Positions 40,607 through 51,810 of a DNA stretch of 64,000 bases are shown one piece after another. Under the pieces are notes generated by a model that saw only the letters and a list, made by a program, of their open reading frames with translations, was not told the DNA's origin and made no database searches. The position numbers and the translations under genes were made by a program. Source of the stretch: Patescibacteria group bacterium. GTDB taxonomy: Bacteria > Patescibacteriota > Patescibacteriia > SG8-24 > DYFX01. How positions within the stretch are numbered: the stretch's first letter is position 1; each line of letters begins with the position of its first letter. The stretch is from contig JBAZZB010000002.1 of NCBI GenBank assembly GCA_041659045.1, forward strand, positions 85,427 to 149,426. Reading direction: 5' to 3'.

Positions 40607-43600
40607 TTAGAGGCTGCGATCGCCGCGGAAGGGCGAAGGCGGAGCGGCCAGGTCGTCAGAATCGAGATCGACTTTCTCGTACTGGCCATCTTCGCGCTCC
40701 TTGAGGAGTTCGACGTCGAGGGCAAGACCCTTAAGTTCGCGAACGAGGACGTTGAAGGATTCAGGGATGTTGAGCTTCTTGATCTGCTCGCCCTTGATGA
40801 TCGCTTCGTAGGCGCGGCTGCGGCCCGGGACGTCGTCGGACTTGATCGTGAGAATTTCCTGGAGCGAGTGCGCGGCGCCGTAGGCTTCGAGCGCCCAGAC
40901 TTCCATTTCACCGAAGCGCTGACCGCCGAATTGGGCTTTACCACCGAGCGGCTGCTGCGTGATGAGCGAGTACGGACCGATCGAACGCTGGTGGATCTTG
41001 TCTTCAACCATGTGGTTGAGCTTCAGCATGTACTTGTAACCGACCGTGACCTTGTGGTCGTAGGCGGCGCCGGTGCGGCCGTCGTACATGAACATCTGTC
41101 CATCTTCCGTGAAGCCAGCCTTCTTCAGCTCGCCCTTGATTTGGTCTTCGCTGATACCGCTGAACACCGGCGTAACAACGCGGTAGCTCAACGCGTTGGC
41201 TGCGAGACCCATGTGTGTCTCAAGGATTTGACCGAGGTTCATACGAGAAGCGACACCGAGCGGTGACAAGAGAATGTCGACCGGGGTTCCGTCTTCCATG
41301 AACGGCATGTCTTCAACCGGGACGATGCGCGAGATGACGCCCTTGTTACCGTGGCGGCCTGCCATCTTGTCACCGACCTGGATCTTGCGGAGGTCAGCGA
41401 TCGAAATCTGAATGGCCTGAATGACGCCCGGAGACAATTTGTCGCCAGCTTCGCGGGAGAAAACTTTGATGTCGATCACCTTGCCGCGTTCGCCGTGCTC
41501 GAGATAGAGCGAGGAGTCGCGCACGTCGCGGGCTTTTTCGCCGAAGATCGCACGGAGAAGTTTTTCTTCCGCCGAGAGTTCGGTTTCGCCCTTCGGCGTG
41601 ATCTTACCGACCAAGATGTCGCCGGAAGCGACTTCGGCGCCGATGCGGATGACGCCGTTCTCGTCGAGGTTGCGGAGTTTTTCTTCCGACACGTTCGGGA
41701 TGTCGGAGGTGACCATTTCAGGGCCGAGCTTCGTTTCGCGCACTTCGACCGTGTAGTTCTCGATGTGGATCGAGGTGTAACGATCGTTGTGCACCATGCG
41801 CTCGGAGAGGATGATGGCGTCTTCGTAGTTGTAACCTTCCCACGAAAGGAAAGCGACCAGCACGTTCTGACCGAGAGCGAGTTCGCCACCGTCCGTAGCC
41901 GGGCCGTCTGCAAGCGCGTCGCCCTTCTTGACCTTCTGGCCAGGAAGCACGATCGGGCGCTGGTTGATACAGGTGGAGTGGTTGGAGCGGACGAACTTGT
42001 TCAGCGCATAGGTCTTGCGCGTGCCGTCATCGCCCGTGAGTTCGATCGTGTCGCTCTGGATTTTCGTAATTTCTCCGTCGAAGTCGGCCAAAACAACGTG
42101 TCCGGAGTCGCGCGCGGAGCGCATTTCCATACCCGTGCCGACGATCGGCGCATCCGGCTTGATGCACGGAATAGCCTGGCGTTGCATGTTCGTACCCATG
42201 AGCGCGCGAACAGCGTCATCGTGCTCGAGGAACGGAATACAAGCGGTCGCGACCGAGATAATCTGGCGCGAGTTGACGTCCATGTATTCGATGTCGTCGC
42301 TCGAAACCGTGGCAGGTTCACCATGGCGGCGTCCCGGAACTTTTTCCTGCATGAAGTAGCCGTTCTCGTCGATCGGCGTCGTAGCAGCGGTCGTGATGAC
42401 CTTTTCTTCCTGGAAGGCGTTCAAATAGACGACTTCGTCGGTCACCTGCGTGCGGCCGTCCTTCTGCTTTGCGACTTTGCGGTACGGAGTTTCGATGAAG
42501 CCGTATTCGTTGATACGAGCGTACGTCGAAAGATGTCCGACCATACCGATGTTCGGTCCTTCCGGAGTGGCGATCGGACAGATACGGCCGTAGTGCGTGC
42601 GGTGCACGTCACGAACGTCGAAGCCGGCGCGCTCGCGAGAAAGTCCACCAGGACCCATCGCAGAGAGGCGGCGCTTATGCTCGAGTTCTGCGAGCGGGTT
42701 CGTCTGGTCCATGAACTGCGAAAGCTGCGAGCTCATGAAGAATTCGCGAATGACGCCGATGACCGGGCGAGCGTTGATCAGTTTGGAAGGCGTGAGCTGC
42801 GTGATATCCATCGTGGACATGCGGTCCTTGATGATGCGCTCCATACGCGCCAAACCGACGCGCAGACGGTTCTGCACGAGTTCGCCGACCGCGCGGACGC
42901 GGCGGTTACCGAGGTGGTCGACGTCGTCGGAATCTTCCTGGACGTTGTTCAAACGGATGATCTCGCGGACGATCATCACGATGTCTTCCTTCTTCAAGAT
43001 GCGGTGCTCCGGCTTTTCGATCTCATCCTTGGTGGAGTGGAGACCAAAACGCTGCGAGAACTTGTAACGACCGACGCGGTGAAGGTCGTAGCGATCGAAG
43101 TTGAAGAACATCGAGTGGATCAGCGAGCGAGCGTTGTCGGTCGTCGCCATGTCACCCGGGCGGATGCGCTTGTAAACTTCGCGCAAACCGTCTTCTTCGT
43201 TCTTGGCTTCGTCTTTTCCAAGAGTTGCTTTGATGTAGGTGTGGTTCGGATGCGTGTCGATGTCGGCAAAAAGGGCCGAGATCTCCTCGTCCGTCGCGTA
43301 ACCGAAAGCGCGCATGAGAGCCGTCACGGCCACGCGGCGCTTGCGATCAATTTTCACCCAGATGACGTCGTTGGCGTCCGTTTCCATTTCGAGCCAGGCG
43401 CCGCGGTTCGGGATGATCTTCGCGCCGAAGTATTTGCGACCGCGGTTCATCTCGTGCGTGAAGAACACACCGGCGGAACGAACGAGCTGTGAAACAACGA
43501 CACGCTCGATGCCGTTGATGATGTACGTACCGCGGTCAGTCATGACCGGGAAGTCGCCGAGGAAAATTTCCTGTTCGCGGACGTCGCCCGAGCGCTTGTT

Positions 43601-43897
43601 GACGAGTTTCGTCTTCACGCGCAGCGACGCTTCATACGTCAGGTTCTTCGCCATCGACGTTTTCTCGTCGAACTTGGGTTCGTCGAGATAGTAGTCCTGG
43701 AAATAGAGCTCGAGGTCGCGACCGATAAAGTCTTTGACCGGAGAGACCTCGTCGAAAAGTTCGCGGAGGCCTTCCTTAAAGAGCCACGAGTACGAATCTT
43801 TCTGTACCTCGATCAGGTCTGGGAGCTGGAACACTTCCTTCAGCTTGGAAAACGAGGTGCGTTCCCTCATCTTCGGCACGGTACGCGTGATCTGCAT
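40607..43897 (-). CDS. rpoB: RNA polymerase beta subunit
   Basis: [23 protein letters not shown]; start at 43897 or 43870. Confidence 0.99.
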   Translation of the reverse strand: MQITRTVPKMRERTSFSKLKEVFQLPDLIEVQKDSYSWLFKEGLRELFDEVSPVKDFIGRDLELYFQDYYLDEPKFDEKTSMAKNLTYEASLRVKTKLVNKRSGDVREQEIFLGDFPVMTDRGTYIINGIERVVVSQLVRSAGVFFTHEMNRGRKYFGAKIIPNRGAWLEMETDANDVIWVKIDRKRRVAVTALMRAFGYATDEEISALFADIDTHPNHTYIKATLGKDEAKNEEDGLREVYKRIRPGDMATTDNARSLIHSMFFNFDRYDLHRVGRYKFSQRFGLHSTKDEIEKPEHRILKKEDIVMIVREIIRLNNVQEDSDDVDHLGNRRVRAVGELVQNRLRVGLARMERIIKDRMSTMDITQLTPSKLINARPVIGVIREFFMSSQLSQFMDQTNPLAELEHKRRLSAMGPGGLSRERAGFDVRDVHRTHYGRICPIATPEGPNIGMVGHLSTYARINEYGFIETPYRKVAKQKDGRTQVTDEVVYLNAFQEEKVITTAATTPIDENGYFMQEKVPGRRHGEPATVSSDDIEYMDVNSRQIISVATACIPFLEHDDAVRALMGTNMQRQAIPCIKPDAPIVGTGMEMRSARDSGHVVLADFDGEITKIQSDTIELTGDDGTRKTYALNKFVRSNHSTCINQRPIVLPGQKVKKGDALADGPATDGGELALGQNVLVAFLSWEGYNYEDAIILSERMVHNDRYTSIHIENYTVEVRETKLGPEMVTSDIPNVSEEKLRNLDENGVIRIGAEVASGDILVGKITPKGETELSAEEKLLRAIFGEKARDVRDSSLYLEHGERGKVIDIKVFSREAGDKLSPGVIQAIQISIADLRKIQVGDKMAGRHGNKGVISRIVPVEDMPFMEDGTPVDILLSPLGVASRMNLGQILETHMGLAANALSYRVVTPVFSGISEDQIKGELKKAGFTEDGQMFMYDGRTGAAYDHKVTVGYKYMLKLNHMVEDKIHQRSIGPYSLITQQPLGGKAQFGGQRFGEMEVWALEAYGAAHSLQEILTIKSDDVPGRSRAYEAIIKGEQIKKLNIPESFNVLVRELKGLALDVELLKEREDGQYEKVDLDSDDLAAPPSPFRGDRSL

Positions 43898-44130
43898 ACG
43901 CAACGGGTGGAGTGAAGGTTTTTCTGCAACGACAGAAAAACCAGGGGTGAGTAAATACCCCACTCCGGGCCTCTATCAGACAGTTCAGCCAGAGGTCGGA
44001 CAGTGGCGATCGCCACCGCGGTCTTTTTTTCGCGTTTTACCCTAAAAAACAACAACTCGCCCTTCCGCAGGGAGAGTGCGTTTTAGCTGTGGTAAACGGA
44101 GCGGAAAACCACGATATTGAATTCTGCACA

Positions 44131-44159
44131 AGACTATCATGCGAGTTATCCCCTGTCAA
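44131..44159 (-). promoter_or_regulatory. rpoBC promoter
   Basis: TTGACA-N17-TAGTCT on the minus strand. Confidence 0.65.
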
Positions 44160-44271
44160 GAAAAAACTGGCGAACGTGTCAAGGGGATAGAAATTATGAT
44201 GCTTTGCCAGTTCAAACAAACAGTTTTTAAGGCTATTTTTAGGAAAATAATGCCACGTCTGCCAAAACATA

Positions 44272-44300
44272 TTGACAAATTTCGGTGGATATGCTAGAGT
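44272..44300 (+). promoter_or_regulatory. Sigma70 promoter of the structured RNA/ORF unit
   Basis: TTGACA-N17-TAGAGT with extended -10 TG. Confidence 0.75.
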
Positions 44301-44306
44301 ATCCGG

Positions 44307-44819
44307 TCAGAAAGATCCTTCTCCCGAAAGACATGGTGGGTTCGTCCCGATGTCGGCTTCGGCCGTCATACAGGACACAGACGCTTCCTTGCGTGCTTTT
44401 CCGGCTTCGGCTGGAAAAGCTCATGAGGCACGGCTGCGGAACGCGACGCTTCGGCGTACTGCGAACCATAACCCTCCAGTTCTTTCGAGGGAAGATCGCC
44501 GCCCTTTCCACGGTTGACTTGGAGGAGTGCTATCCCGGAAGGCCCTCAAAAAGCCGGAAAGGACGAGTTCACCTTCGCAGGAAGTTTCCGGCTTCGGCTG
44601 GAACCCTCCTCCGAGCGAGCTCGCAAGGTGTACCGCCTCGGCGGTTTGCACCAACCAACGCCTCCAAATCAACCGTGGAAACTCAGGTCGGCTCAATGGT
44701 GAGCCGACCTGTTGCGTCTACGGCGATACTGACTGCGTGACACCCGTTGCGTAGTCCCCCGAACCCTTGAGGGACAAAACCTCAAAGCTGCCGACATTCA
44801 AGTCGGCGAGGAGCGTCAG
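44307..44819 (+). ncRNA. Candidate large structured RNA / long 5' leader of unknown class
   Basis: 20/21 bp long-range stem 44505-44525 with 44661-44681; several C(UUCG)G hairpins; 19 nt hairpin duplicated at 44398 and 44585; 12 bp hairpin 44684-44711. Confidence 0.65.
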
Positions 44820-46082
44820 ATGACCAAGTCGAAGAACGAGAACCAGTCCCCCACGAGCCAAGCCGGTGCGACGGTGATGCTCAAGCCCATCGTCCCCAGG
44901 ACCCTGCAGTTGCGGGGCCACGACGGCTGGCCGTACACCGCGCTGAAGATCTTCTTCTACCGCGAGAACAACTGCACCAACGGCAAGCGGTGCATGAAGG
45001 AGAGCTGCGACGACTGCCAGCTCTACCGCGTCGGCCTGGCCGACTACCACAAGCCCAGCCGGAACTGGGACGCGTGGAAGCACTACGAGTTCCGGGCGGT
45101 CGACACCCGCGAGTTGCTCGAGTCGAGCGGCTTGTTCACCAGCAAGCAGTACTTCCCGAGCGTGATCCAGGGTCGTGAGACCCGCACGAAGGTCATCTTG
45201 GTCCTCCAGGACCAGCGGGATGGCCAGATGCAGTTCACCATGCACTGCGAGGAGGTCGACAACCAGGCGGTGTCGATGCGGATCACGAAGTGGCTCCCGT
45301 TCGAGGAGACCAAGCGTGAGGCGTACTCGCTGGACCTCTCCCGAGTGATCTACAACCACGCCCGCAAGGCGGAGGAGGTCGGTCACCGCGGGACCAACGA
45401 CGCCGTGCGCAACCTGATCGACAGCCTCTACTGGCTGACGGAGGTCGACACGCTCGTCTACGAGGAGATCGACGAGAAGGCGCCGGAGGACGCGGAGCGG
45501 AAGTCCCGGAAGGTGAAGATCCCCCGGGATCCCAAGGAGATGACGGCGCTCACGAGCGTCGTCAACGAGCTCCTCGGAGCCCTCACGGAGATCGACTCCA
45601 TCGACGGGCTGGTGCCGCGGAAGAAGTACCTGGACGGTATCGCTGATACCCTCCAGGGCTTCCGCAAGGAGCTCCGGAGCATGCGCAAGGCGCCGGCTCC
45701 GGGCCCCGGACAGAAGGCCAGGAACCGGGAGGTGAACGGTCTCGCCGAGGACCTCGTCCGCAGCCTCGGGATCAACCCCGAAGCCGTGGACGAGCCCGAG
45801 AGCTCGACCGAGGCGGAGGCTCCCAAGCCCACCGCACCGCCGCCCGCGCCCAAGACCGGCAAGAAGTCCTTCAAGGACATCAAGAAGCCGGTGGGTGAGG
45901 AGCGTCCGCGCACGCTCCGCGACCAGCTGCAGCCGCTGGTTCAGCCGGTGATCCCCACGGAGCCCGTCGCACTCGCGACGCAGCTCGAGGAGACCGCCCC
46001 GGCGCCGACCCCCACCGTGGAGGCCGCCGTCGTCGAACCGATCGTGCCCGTGGCTGACCCCGTGGTCACCCCCGAGAACTGA
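44820..46082 (+). CDS. Hypothetical protein with Cys4 motif and Pro/Glu-rich disordered tail
   Basis: SD GAGGAG; CTNGKRCMKESCDDC; strongly G/C-ending codons; terminator at ~46100-46135. Confidence 0.8.
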   Translation: MTKSKNENQSPTSQAGATVMLKPIVPRTLQLRGHDGWPYTALKIFFYRENNCTNGKRCMKESCDDCQLYRVGLADYHKPSRNWDAWKHYEFRAVDTRELLESSGLFTSKQYFPSVIQGRETRTKVILVLQDQRDGQMQFTMHCEEVDNQAVSMRITKWLPFEETKREAYSLDLSRVIYNHARKAEEVGHRGTNDAVRNLIDSLYWLTEVDTLVYEEIDEKAPEDAERKSRKVKIPRDPKEMTALTSVVNELLGALTEIDSIDGLVPRKKYLDGIADTLQGFRKELRSMRKAPAPGPGQKARNREVNGLAEDLVRSLGINPEAVDEPESSTEAEAPKPTAPPPAPKTGKKSFKDIKKPVGEERPRTLRDQLQPLVQPVIPTEPVALATQLEETAPAPTPTVEAAVVEPIVPVADPVVTPEN

Positions 46083-46201
46083 TCGGACTCAGTCGGAATC
46101 AAAAGCGCCGTCCACATCTCTTGTGGGCGGCGTTTGTACATTTCGTGGGTTTTTTTGTTTTCGCGCAGCTGGTACAATACGCCTGTAAAAATACAGGCTT
46201 C

Positions 46202-48403
46202 ATGTCACAAAAAACACGGAAGAACAGCAACGGCAAGAAAGAGAAGTCCCAGGAAAAAGAACCGCGCCTAGAAGCGCTGGAGCTGAGCGATGACACCAAG
46301 CGCGGACTCGTAACGATCTTCCTTTTGATCGTGGCGATTCTTTTTACCCTCTCGGCTTTCGGCTTGGCGGGCATCATCGGTCAGTATTTGAACGGATTCA
46401 ATCACAAACTGCTCGGCAAACTTTACTTCTTATTGCCGGTTTTTTTGTTGTTCATTGCCACCGGACGTCTTCGCAGCACCTGGAAAACGTTCGACGCGGC
46501 CGGAAAACTGGGCGCCGGACTCTTCATCCTGATGCTCGGAGGCTTCATCCATCTCATGATGGCGCGCCCGGACGGCATCGTTTTCGGAAAGGAACTCGAA
46601 GCGGGCGGCGGCTACCTCGGTATGCTCATCAGCTATCTCTTGGAGCAAGGACTCGGTTTCTGGGGCGCAACCATTGTTTTGACAGGCGGCATGCTGGCGT
46701 CCATTCTTCTCGTCTTCAAAACTTCGCTTGAACGTTTGGTCTTCCCTCATCAAGCCTTCCTTTCGTTCCTGAAAAAGAAACCCGAAGACAACGGCGGCAC
46801 GATTGGCGCGAGCCCGATGCCGCAGCAGGAAGCCAAGCCGTCGTTTGAATCGAAAGAGATGAAAGACGAGGGCGGCGAGATTATGCCGACCCCCATCATG
46901 GCGGAAGAGCACGTCGAAAGCGGTCTCAAGAAAAAAGTGTGGCGCAAAGTCACGCTGCCGCTTGATCTTCTCAACAACAAGTCGATGAAGCCGACGTCGG
47001 GTGACATCGGGCGCAACCAGCACATCATCCAGAAGACGCTGGAGAATTTTGGCGTTCCATCGGAAATGGGCGAAGTGTCGGTCGGTCCGACGGTCACGCA
47101 GTTCACACTCAAACCGCATGACGGCATCAAGCTCAATCGCATCACGGCGCTCAACAACGACTTAGCCTTGGCACTCGCCGCGCACCCGATTCGTATCGAA
47201 GCGCCGATCCCGGGCAAGTCGCTCGTCGGCATTGAAGTACCGAACCAGGCGGTCGCGATCGTGAACCTCCGTGAGGTTTTGGAGTCGCAAGAGTTCCGTT
47301 CTTCGAGTGCTTCGCTACGCGTCGCGCTCGGCAAGGACGTTGCGGGTAAACCGTGGCTCGCGGACCTCGCCAAGATGCCGCACATGCTCGTTGCCGGTTC
47401 GACCGGTTCCGGTAAAACCGTTTGCTTGAACTCGATTATCGTTTCGCTTCTCTACAGCCACGGTCCAGACGAGCTTCGTTTCATCATGGTCGACCCGAAG
47501 CGTGTCGAGCTCACCGCTTACAACAACATTCCGCACCTGCTCGTGCCGGCTATCACCGACGTCGCAAAAACGCTCAATGCGCTCAAGTGGACGATCGGCG
47601 AAATGGACCGCCGCTTCACGCAGCTCGCTCGCTACGGTAAACGCGATATCGGTTCTTACAACGAAGCAGCGGAAGAAAAGATGCCGTATCTCGTCGTTGT
47701 CATCGACGAGCTCGCCGACTTGATGGTTTCTGGTTCTGGAAAAGACGTCGAAACCTGCATCATCCGCTTGGCACAGATGGCGCGTGCCGTTGGTATTCAC
47801 TTGATCCTCGCCACACAGCGTCCGTCAGTCGACGTCATCACGGGTCTTATTAAAGCGAACTTCAACGCACGTATCGCTTTTGCCGTCGCCTCCGGCACCG
47901 ACTCGCGTACGATTCTCGATTCGCTCGGCGCGGAAAAACTTGTTGGCCGCGGCGACATGCTTTTCACTTCGGCTGAGCTTTCGAAGCCAAAGCGTCTTCA
48001 AGGCACGTACATCTCCGACACGGAGATCAAAAAAGTCACGGACTTCATCAAGAGCAACTTCGACGCGCCGGACTATCAGCATGAAATTGTCGATCGCCTC
48101 GGCAATACGTCAAACGGAGTTACGTTCAACGACAACGGCGGCAGCGATGAACCGCTTCTCCAAGAAGCCCAAGACATCGTCGTGCGTGCCGGCAAGGCTT
48201 CAGCTTCGTTCCTCCAGCGCCGCATGAAGATTGGCTACGCTCGTGCCGCTCGCATTCTTGATTTACTTGAAGAGAAAGGCGTGATCGGCCCTGGTGACGG
48301 CGCCAAACCGCGCGACATTCTGATGGCCCGCCCCGCAGGACTTGAAATCGAGCCCGACGACGAACATCTTGATGGCGAAAATCCGGACGAGGGTGTAGTG
48401 TAG
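46202..48403 (+). CDS. ftsK: DNA translocase FtsK/SpoIIIE
   Basis: N-terminal TMs; PHMLVAGSTGSGKT; IDELAD; LATQRPS; gamma domain LQRRMKIGYARAARILD. Confidence 0.97.
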   Translation: MSQKTRKNSNGKKEKSQEKEPRLEALELSDDTKRGLVTIFLLIVAILFTLSAFGLAGIIGQYLNGFNHKLLGKLYFLLPVFLLFIATGRLRSTWKTFDAAGKLGAGLFILMLGGFIHLMMARPDGIVFGKELEAGGGYLGMLISYLLEQGLGFWGATIVLTGGMLASILLVFKTSLERLVFPHQAFLSFLKKKPEDNGGTIGASPMPQQEAKPSFESKEMKDEGGEIMPTPIMAEEHVESGLKKKVWRKVTLPLDLLNNKSMKPTSGDIGRNQHIIQKTLENFGVPSEMGEVSVGPTVTQFTLKPHDGIKLNRITALNNDLALALAAHPIRIEAPIPGKSLVGIEVPNQAVAIVNLREVLESQEFRSSSASLRVALGKDVAGKPWLADLAKMPHMLVAGSTGSGKTVCLNSIIVSLLYSHGPDELRFIMVDPKRVELTAYNNIPHLLVPAITDVAKTLNALKWTIGEMDRRFTQLARYGKRDIGSYNEAAEEKMPYLVVVIDELADLMVSGSGKDVETCIIRLAQMARAVGIHLILATQRPSVDVITGLIKANFNARIAFAVASGTDSRTILDSLGAEKLVGRGDMLFTSAELSKPKRLQGTYISDTEIKKVTDFIKSNFDAPDYQHEIVDRLGNTSNGVTFNDNGGSDEPLLQEAQDIVVRAGKASASFLQRRMKIGYARAARILDLLEEKGVIGPGDGAKPRDILMARPAGLEIEPDDEHLDGENPDEGVV

Positions 48404-48410
48404 CGAGACT

Positions 48411-49118
48411 ATGGTTGCATTTCAGGAAAAGGAGCTCGACGATCGCACGATCGGCGACATCCTTCGCGACGCCCGCCAAGAACGCAACGAATCAATCGAA
48501 GAAGTCGAGCGCGCAACGCATGTCGGCAAGAAATATATTGCCGCGCTCGAGGGCAACGATCTGAAAAAATTGCCTGAAGCCGTCTACACGAAAAAATTCG
48601 TGAAGGCGCTCGCTTCGCATTATGGAATCGACCCTGATTCCGCTGCCGAAAGCTTGCTCAAAGAAATGGCTGCGGGCACCGGCACCATGACAACGCGACA
48701 CCCGATCAACTTTGTCGCCGGGCGTTCGTTGGTCTCTTCCCCTATTCTGTTCAAGTCCGTAGCGATGGCGCTCGTCTTTGTCGGAATCCTAGGATACTTC
48801 GCCTTCTCCGTGCGTAGTATTTTGAAACCGCCGAGCGTGACGCTCTACTCACCACACGACGACCAAGTCTTCCCGACCGGGCGCGTCGTGCTCGAAGGCG
48901 TGACCGAGCGTGAGGTGGACCTCGCTGTGAACGGCGAACCCGTCTCAATCGAAGCTGACGGCTCTTTCAAAGATGTCCTCAACCTTCCACCTGGTGTCTC
49001 GACCTTGCGTCTTATCGCCAAGAAAAAGCACTCGCGCGAGAACGAAATCTTTATCAAAGTCGTGATTGATGAGCCAAAAGAGACCGGAAGCGCGAGCAGC
49101 ACGGAGGCTACACCCTAA
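48411..49118 (+). CDS. RodZ-like HTH membrane protein with C-terminal Ig-like domain
   Basis: IGDILRDARQ...YIAALE...LPEAVY; single TM; follows ftsK. Confidence 0.8.
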   Translation: MVAFQEKELDDRTIGDILRDARQERNESIEEVERATHVGKKYIAALEGNDLKKLPEAVYTKKFVKALASHYGIDPDSAAESLLKEMAAGTGTMTTRHPINFVAGRSLVSSPILFKSVAMALVFVGILGYFAFSVRSILKPPSVTLYSPHDDQVFPTGRVVLEGVTEREVDLAVNGEPVSIEADGSFKDVLNLPPGVSTLRLIAKKKHSRENEIFIKVVIDEPKETGSASSTEATP

Positions 49119-49144
49119 GATATCCCCAGGCGAGCAGTTGCACT

Positions 49145-49159
49145 GTTCGCCTTTTGTTC
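49145..49159 (+). promoter_or_regulatory. Putative direct-repeat LexA (SOS) box
   Basis: GTTC-N7-GTTC just upstream of -10 TACAAT (49163-49168) of recA. Confidence 0.65.
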
Positions 49160-49242
49160 ATCTACAATGTTGACATCGCGTTTCTGGATATGAAAGGACG
49201 CAACGCGTAAGATGTCTAAGCATTCATTTCTAACGCGCACGT

Positions 49243-50307
49243 ATGGCGAAGGCTGTAGTGGACGAACGGTTCAAAGCAACGGAAGAAGCAATCAACCAAA
49301 TTCGCAGTAAGTTTGGCGATGGTTCGATCATGAGGCTCGGAGACGCAAAGAAGATGCAGGTCGACTCCATCCCGACGGGTTGTCTGTCTCTCGACCTGGC
49401 ACTTGGTATCGGTGGCGTACCGCGCGGACGCGTCATCGAAATTTACGGGCCAGAATCATCGGGTAAAACGACGCTCGCTCAGCACATTATTGCTGAAGTG
49501 CAGAAAATCGGTGGCTTGGCCGCTTTCGTTGACGCCGAGCACGCGCTCGACCCAGCCTACGCGGAGAAGATCGGCGTGAAGATCAACGACATGCTGATCT
49601 CTCAGCCAGACACTGGCGAACAGGCGCTCGATATCGTCGAAACACTTGTGCGCTCTGGTGCCGTCGACGTTATCGTCGTCGACTCGGTGGCCGCGCTCGT
49701 GCCAAAAGCCGAAATCGAAGGCGAAATGGGCGACTCGCACATGGGTCTCCAGGCGCGCCTCATGTCGCAAGCGCTCCGTAAGCTCACGGGCATCGTTTCA
49801 AAAACGAAAACCTGCGTCATCTTCATCAACCAAATCCGCATGAAGATCGGCGTCGTCTTCGGCAACCCTGAAACGACGACGGGCGGTACCGCTCTCAAAT
49901 TCTACGCTTCACAACGTATCGAAGTTCGCCGCTCGGCTCAACTGAAAAAAGAAGAGAAGGTCATCGGCAACCAGGTGAACGTAAAGATCGTGAAGAACAA
50001 GGTGGCTCCCCCGTTCCGCACCACCACGTTTGAGATCATGTACAACGAGGGCATCTCGCTCTCCGGCGACACGCTCGACACCGGCGTGCTCCACGGCATC
50101 ATTCAGAAAAACGGGAACTCGTACACGTTCAACTCCGAGAAGCTCGGTGTCGGGCGCGAGACGGCCAAGGCTTTCCTGAAAGAAAACCCTAAGATGATGA
50201 AGGCCGTGCGCGAACTCGTTATGAAACAGGTCAACGCGGGCAATGCCGCTGACGCAGTCGAAGAAGCGGAGTATCGCGCGAAAGTTGAAGAGGCCGCAGC
50301 AGCGTAA
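49243..50307 (+). CDS. recA: Recombinase A
   Basis: [36 protein letters not shown]. Confidence 0.99.
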   Translation: MAKAVVDERFKATEEAINQIRSKFGDGSIMRLGDAKKMQVDSIPTGCLSLDLALGIGGVPRGRVIEIYGPESSGKTTLAQHIIAEVQKIGGLAAFVDAEHALDPAYAEKIGVKINDMLISQPDTGEQALDIVETLVRSGAVDVIVVDSVAALVPKAEIEGEMGDSHMGLQARLMSQALRKLTGIVSKTKTCVIFINQIRMKIGVVFGNPETTTGGTALKFYASQRIEVRRSAQLKKEEKVIGNQVNVKIVKNKVAPPFRTTTFEIMYNEGISLSGDTLDTGVLHGIIQKNGNSYTFNSEKLGVGRETAKAFLKENPKMMKAVRELVMKQVNAGNAADAVEEAEYRAKVEEAAAA

Positions 50308-50345
50308 ACAGAAAAAAGCCCCGACTTCAGTCGAGGGCTTTTTCT

Positions 50346-50780
50346 TTACTTCTTCTTGCGTGGCTGATGCCGGTGTTTTTTAGCTCCGCACTTACAACCG
50401 TGCGGTCCAATGTAATGCTCGAAATAATCCTTGCCGTAATCGACCGTCAGCTCCTCACCCGCTTTAATATTCTTAAGCGCGTAATAGAACACGCGGCCGC
50501 TCTTTCGCGTGCTGTAATCGCAGTTCGGTCTGCATGAATGATTCACGTAACGCGCCAGATTTTTTCGTGAAGACCCGTCAATGTTCACGTTTTTCTTCAC
50601 CTCAAAAATGTAACGATTCGAAAGCGTGTCGGCTTTTGCGTCGTTCACGCGCTTGCCGGCGTATTCAACAATCGTCTTCCCTTTCTTGATGTCGTTCACG
50701 CAAACAAGACCGAGGCCACTGAGGCCTCGTTTTCTTTTGAGCAGTTCTGCGGGAAGTGGTTCGTACCGCTTTAGGCCCAT
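50346..50780 (-). CDS. SET-domain protein-lysine methyltransferase
   Basis: GLGL, ARYVNHSCRPN, GEELTVDYG, post-SET CKCG. Confidence 0.92.
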   Translation of the reverse strand: MGLKRYEPLPAELLKRKRGLSGLGLVCVNDIKKGKTIVEYAGKRVNDAKADTLSNRYIFEVKKNVNIDGSSRKNLARYVNHSCRPNCDYSTRKSGRVFYYALKNIKAGEELTVDYGKDYFEHYIGPHGCKCGAKKHRHQPRKKK

Positions 50781-51193
50781 ACCGCGAGAATTGCACCCAT
50801 GAGCATGAGACCAACGAGCTGATAGGCAGCGTTGATGAGCGCTGACTTTTTGCTCTTACCCTCGAAGGCGACGTATTGAACGATCAACGTCGCCTGAAAG
50901 CCGAGCCAGACCCAAAAACCTGTTTGAGCACCCTCGGTCCATGTTACCGACGCTGTGTAGTCGACAAAGTGCGCCAAGACGTAGGACGTGAGAAGTGCCG
51001 TGGGAACCATGAGCATCATGGCTTTCTGGCCTTCTTTTCGCATCTTGTCGTCGATCACTTTGTTTGGATCCCAGCCCATGGACTTCATCCACGCTTTGCC
51101 GAAAAGAGGTCCGTACCAAAAGGAGCCGAGGATCATGTGGAGCGCCGCAACAGCGAGCACTGCCCAGAGATTGACGCTGACGTCGTAGATCAT
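50771..51193 (-). CDS. DUF1761 family membrane protein
   Basis: NLWAVLAV...GSFWYGPLFGKAW; four TM segments. Confidence 0.85.
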   Translation of the reverse strand: MIYDVSVNLWAVLAVAALHMILGSFWYGPLFGKAWMKSMGWDPNKVIDDKMRKEGQKAMMLMVPTALLTSYVLAHFVDYTASVTWTEGAQTGFWVWLGFQATLIVQYVAFEGKSKKSALINAAYQLVGLMLMGAILAVWA

Positions 51194-51246
51194 AGTCGTC
51201 TTAAAAGAAAATCTGCCTTTATGGTAGGCAGATTTACTCTTCTTGT

Positions 51247-51810
51247 CTATTGGTTAGCGCGCTCGACGTACTCACCCGTGTCGGTGTTGATCGAGAGGAG
51301 GTCGCCTTCCTTGATGAACATCGGGGCCTTGATAACGTAGCCCGTTTCAAGTGTGACGTCCTTCGTAATGTTGCCGGACGAGTCGCCGCGGACCGCATCA
51401 AAGGCTTCCGTTACCTTGAGGACCATTTTCTTCGGCAGAACGACGTTAAGGCAGGCGCCCTCGTAGAAAAAGCCTTGGATCTCTTGGCCTTCCTTCAGGT
51501 AATTCGTCTTCTCCGCGAGAACATCCTTTGGGATGAATATCTCCTCGAAGGTGGACTGGTCCATGAAGTACCAGTTCTTACCGTCGTTGTAGGTGTATTG
51601 AAGGTTACGGCGTTCGAGGTCGACAAATTCGACCGTTTCGGCCGCCTTGTACGTGTTTTCAAAGACTTTGCCGGTGCGTGCGTTCTTGAGGCGGGTGCGG
51701 ACGAACGAGCCGCCCTTACCTGGGTTTACGTGCTGAAATTCGACGACGATGTGGGGCTCCTCCTTATACATCACGACGGACTCTTTGTTGATTTCGTTGA
51801 CGGAAGGCAT
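51247..51810 (-). CDS. efp: Elongation factor P
   Basis: HVNPGKGGSFVR, VRGD, LETG, INTDTGEYVER. Confidence 0.97.
   Translation of the reverse strand: MPSVNEINKESVVMYKEEPHIVVEFQHVNPGKGGSFVRTRLKNARTGKVFENTYKAAETVEFVDLERRNLQYTYNDGKNWYFMDQSTFEEIFIPKDVLAEKTNYLKEGQEIQGFFYEGACLNVVLPKKMVLKVTEAFDAVRGDSSGNITKDVTLETGYVIKAPMFIKEGDLLSINTDTGEYVERANQ

Noticed and set aside
37463-41266. 1267 aa and 713 aa (41351-43492) plus-strand ORFs
   Set aside because: Antisense shadows of rpoC/rpoB caused by biased codon usage; no motifs.
44272-44754. Short ORFs in the 44.3-44.8 kb region (81, 151, 62, 75, 91 aa)
   Set aside because: Arg/Pro/Ser-rich and mutually overlapping; two start inside the promoter; the sequence is better explained by RNA pairing. 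A short leader peptide is not fully excluded.
44307-44819. RNase P, tmRNA, SRP or CRISPR identity for the structured region
   Set aside because: No RNase P P4 consensus, no tRNA-like ends, and only two copies of the repeat 187 nt apart with no cas genes.
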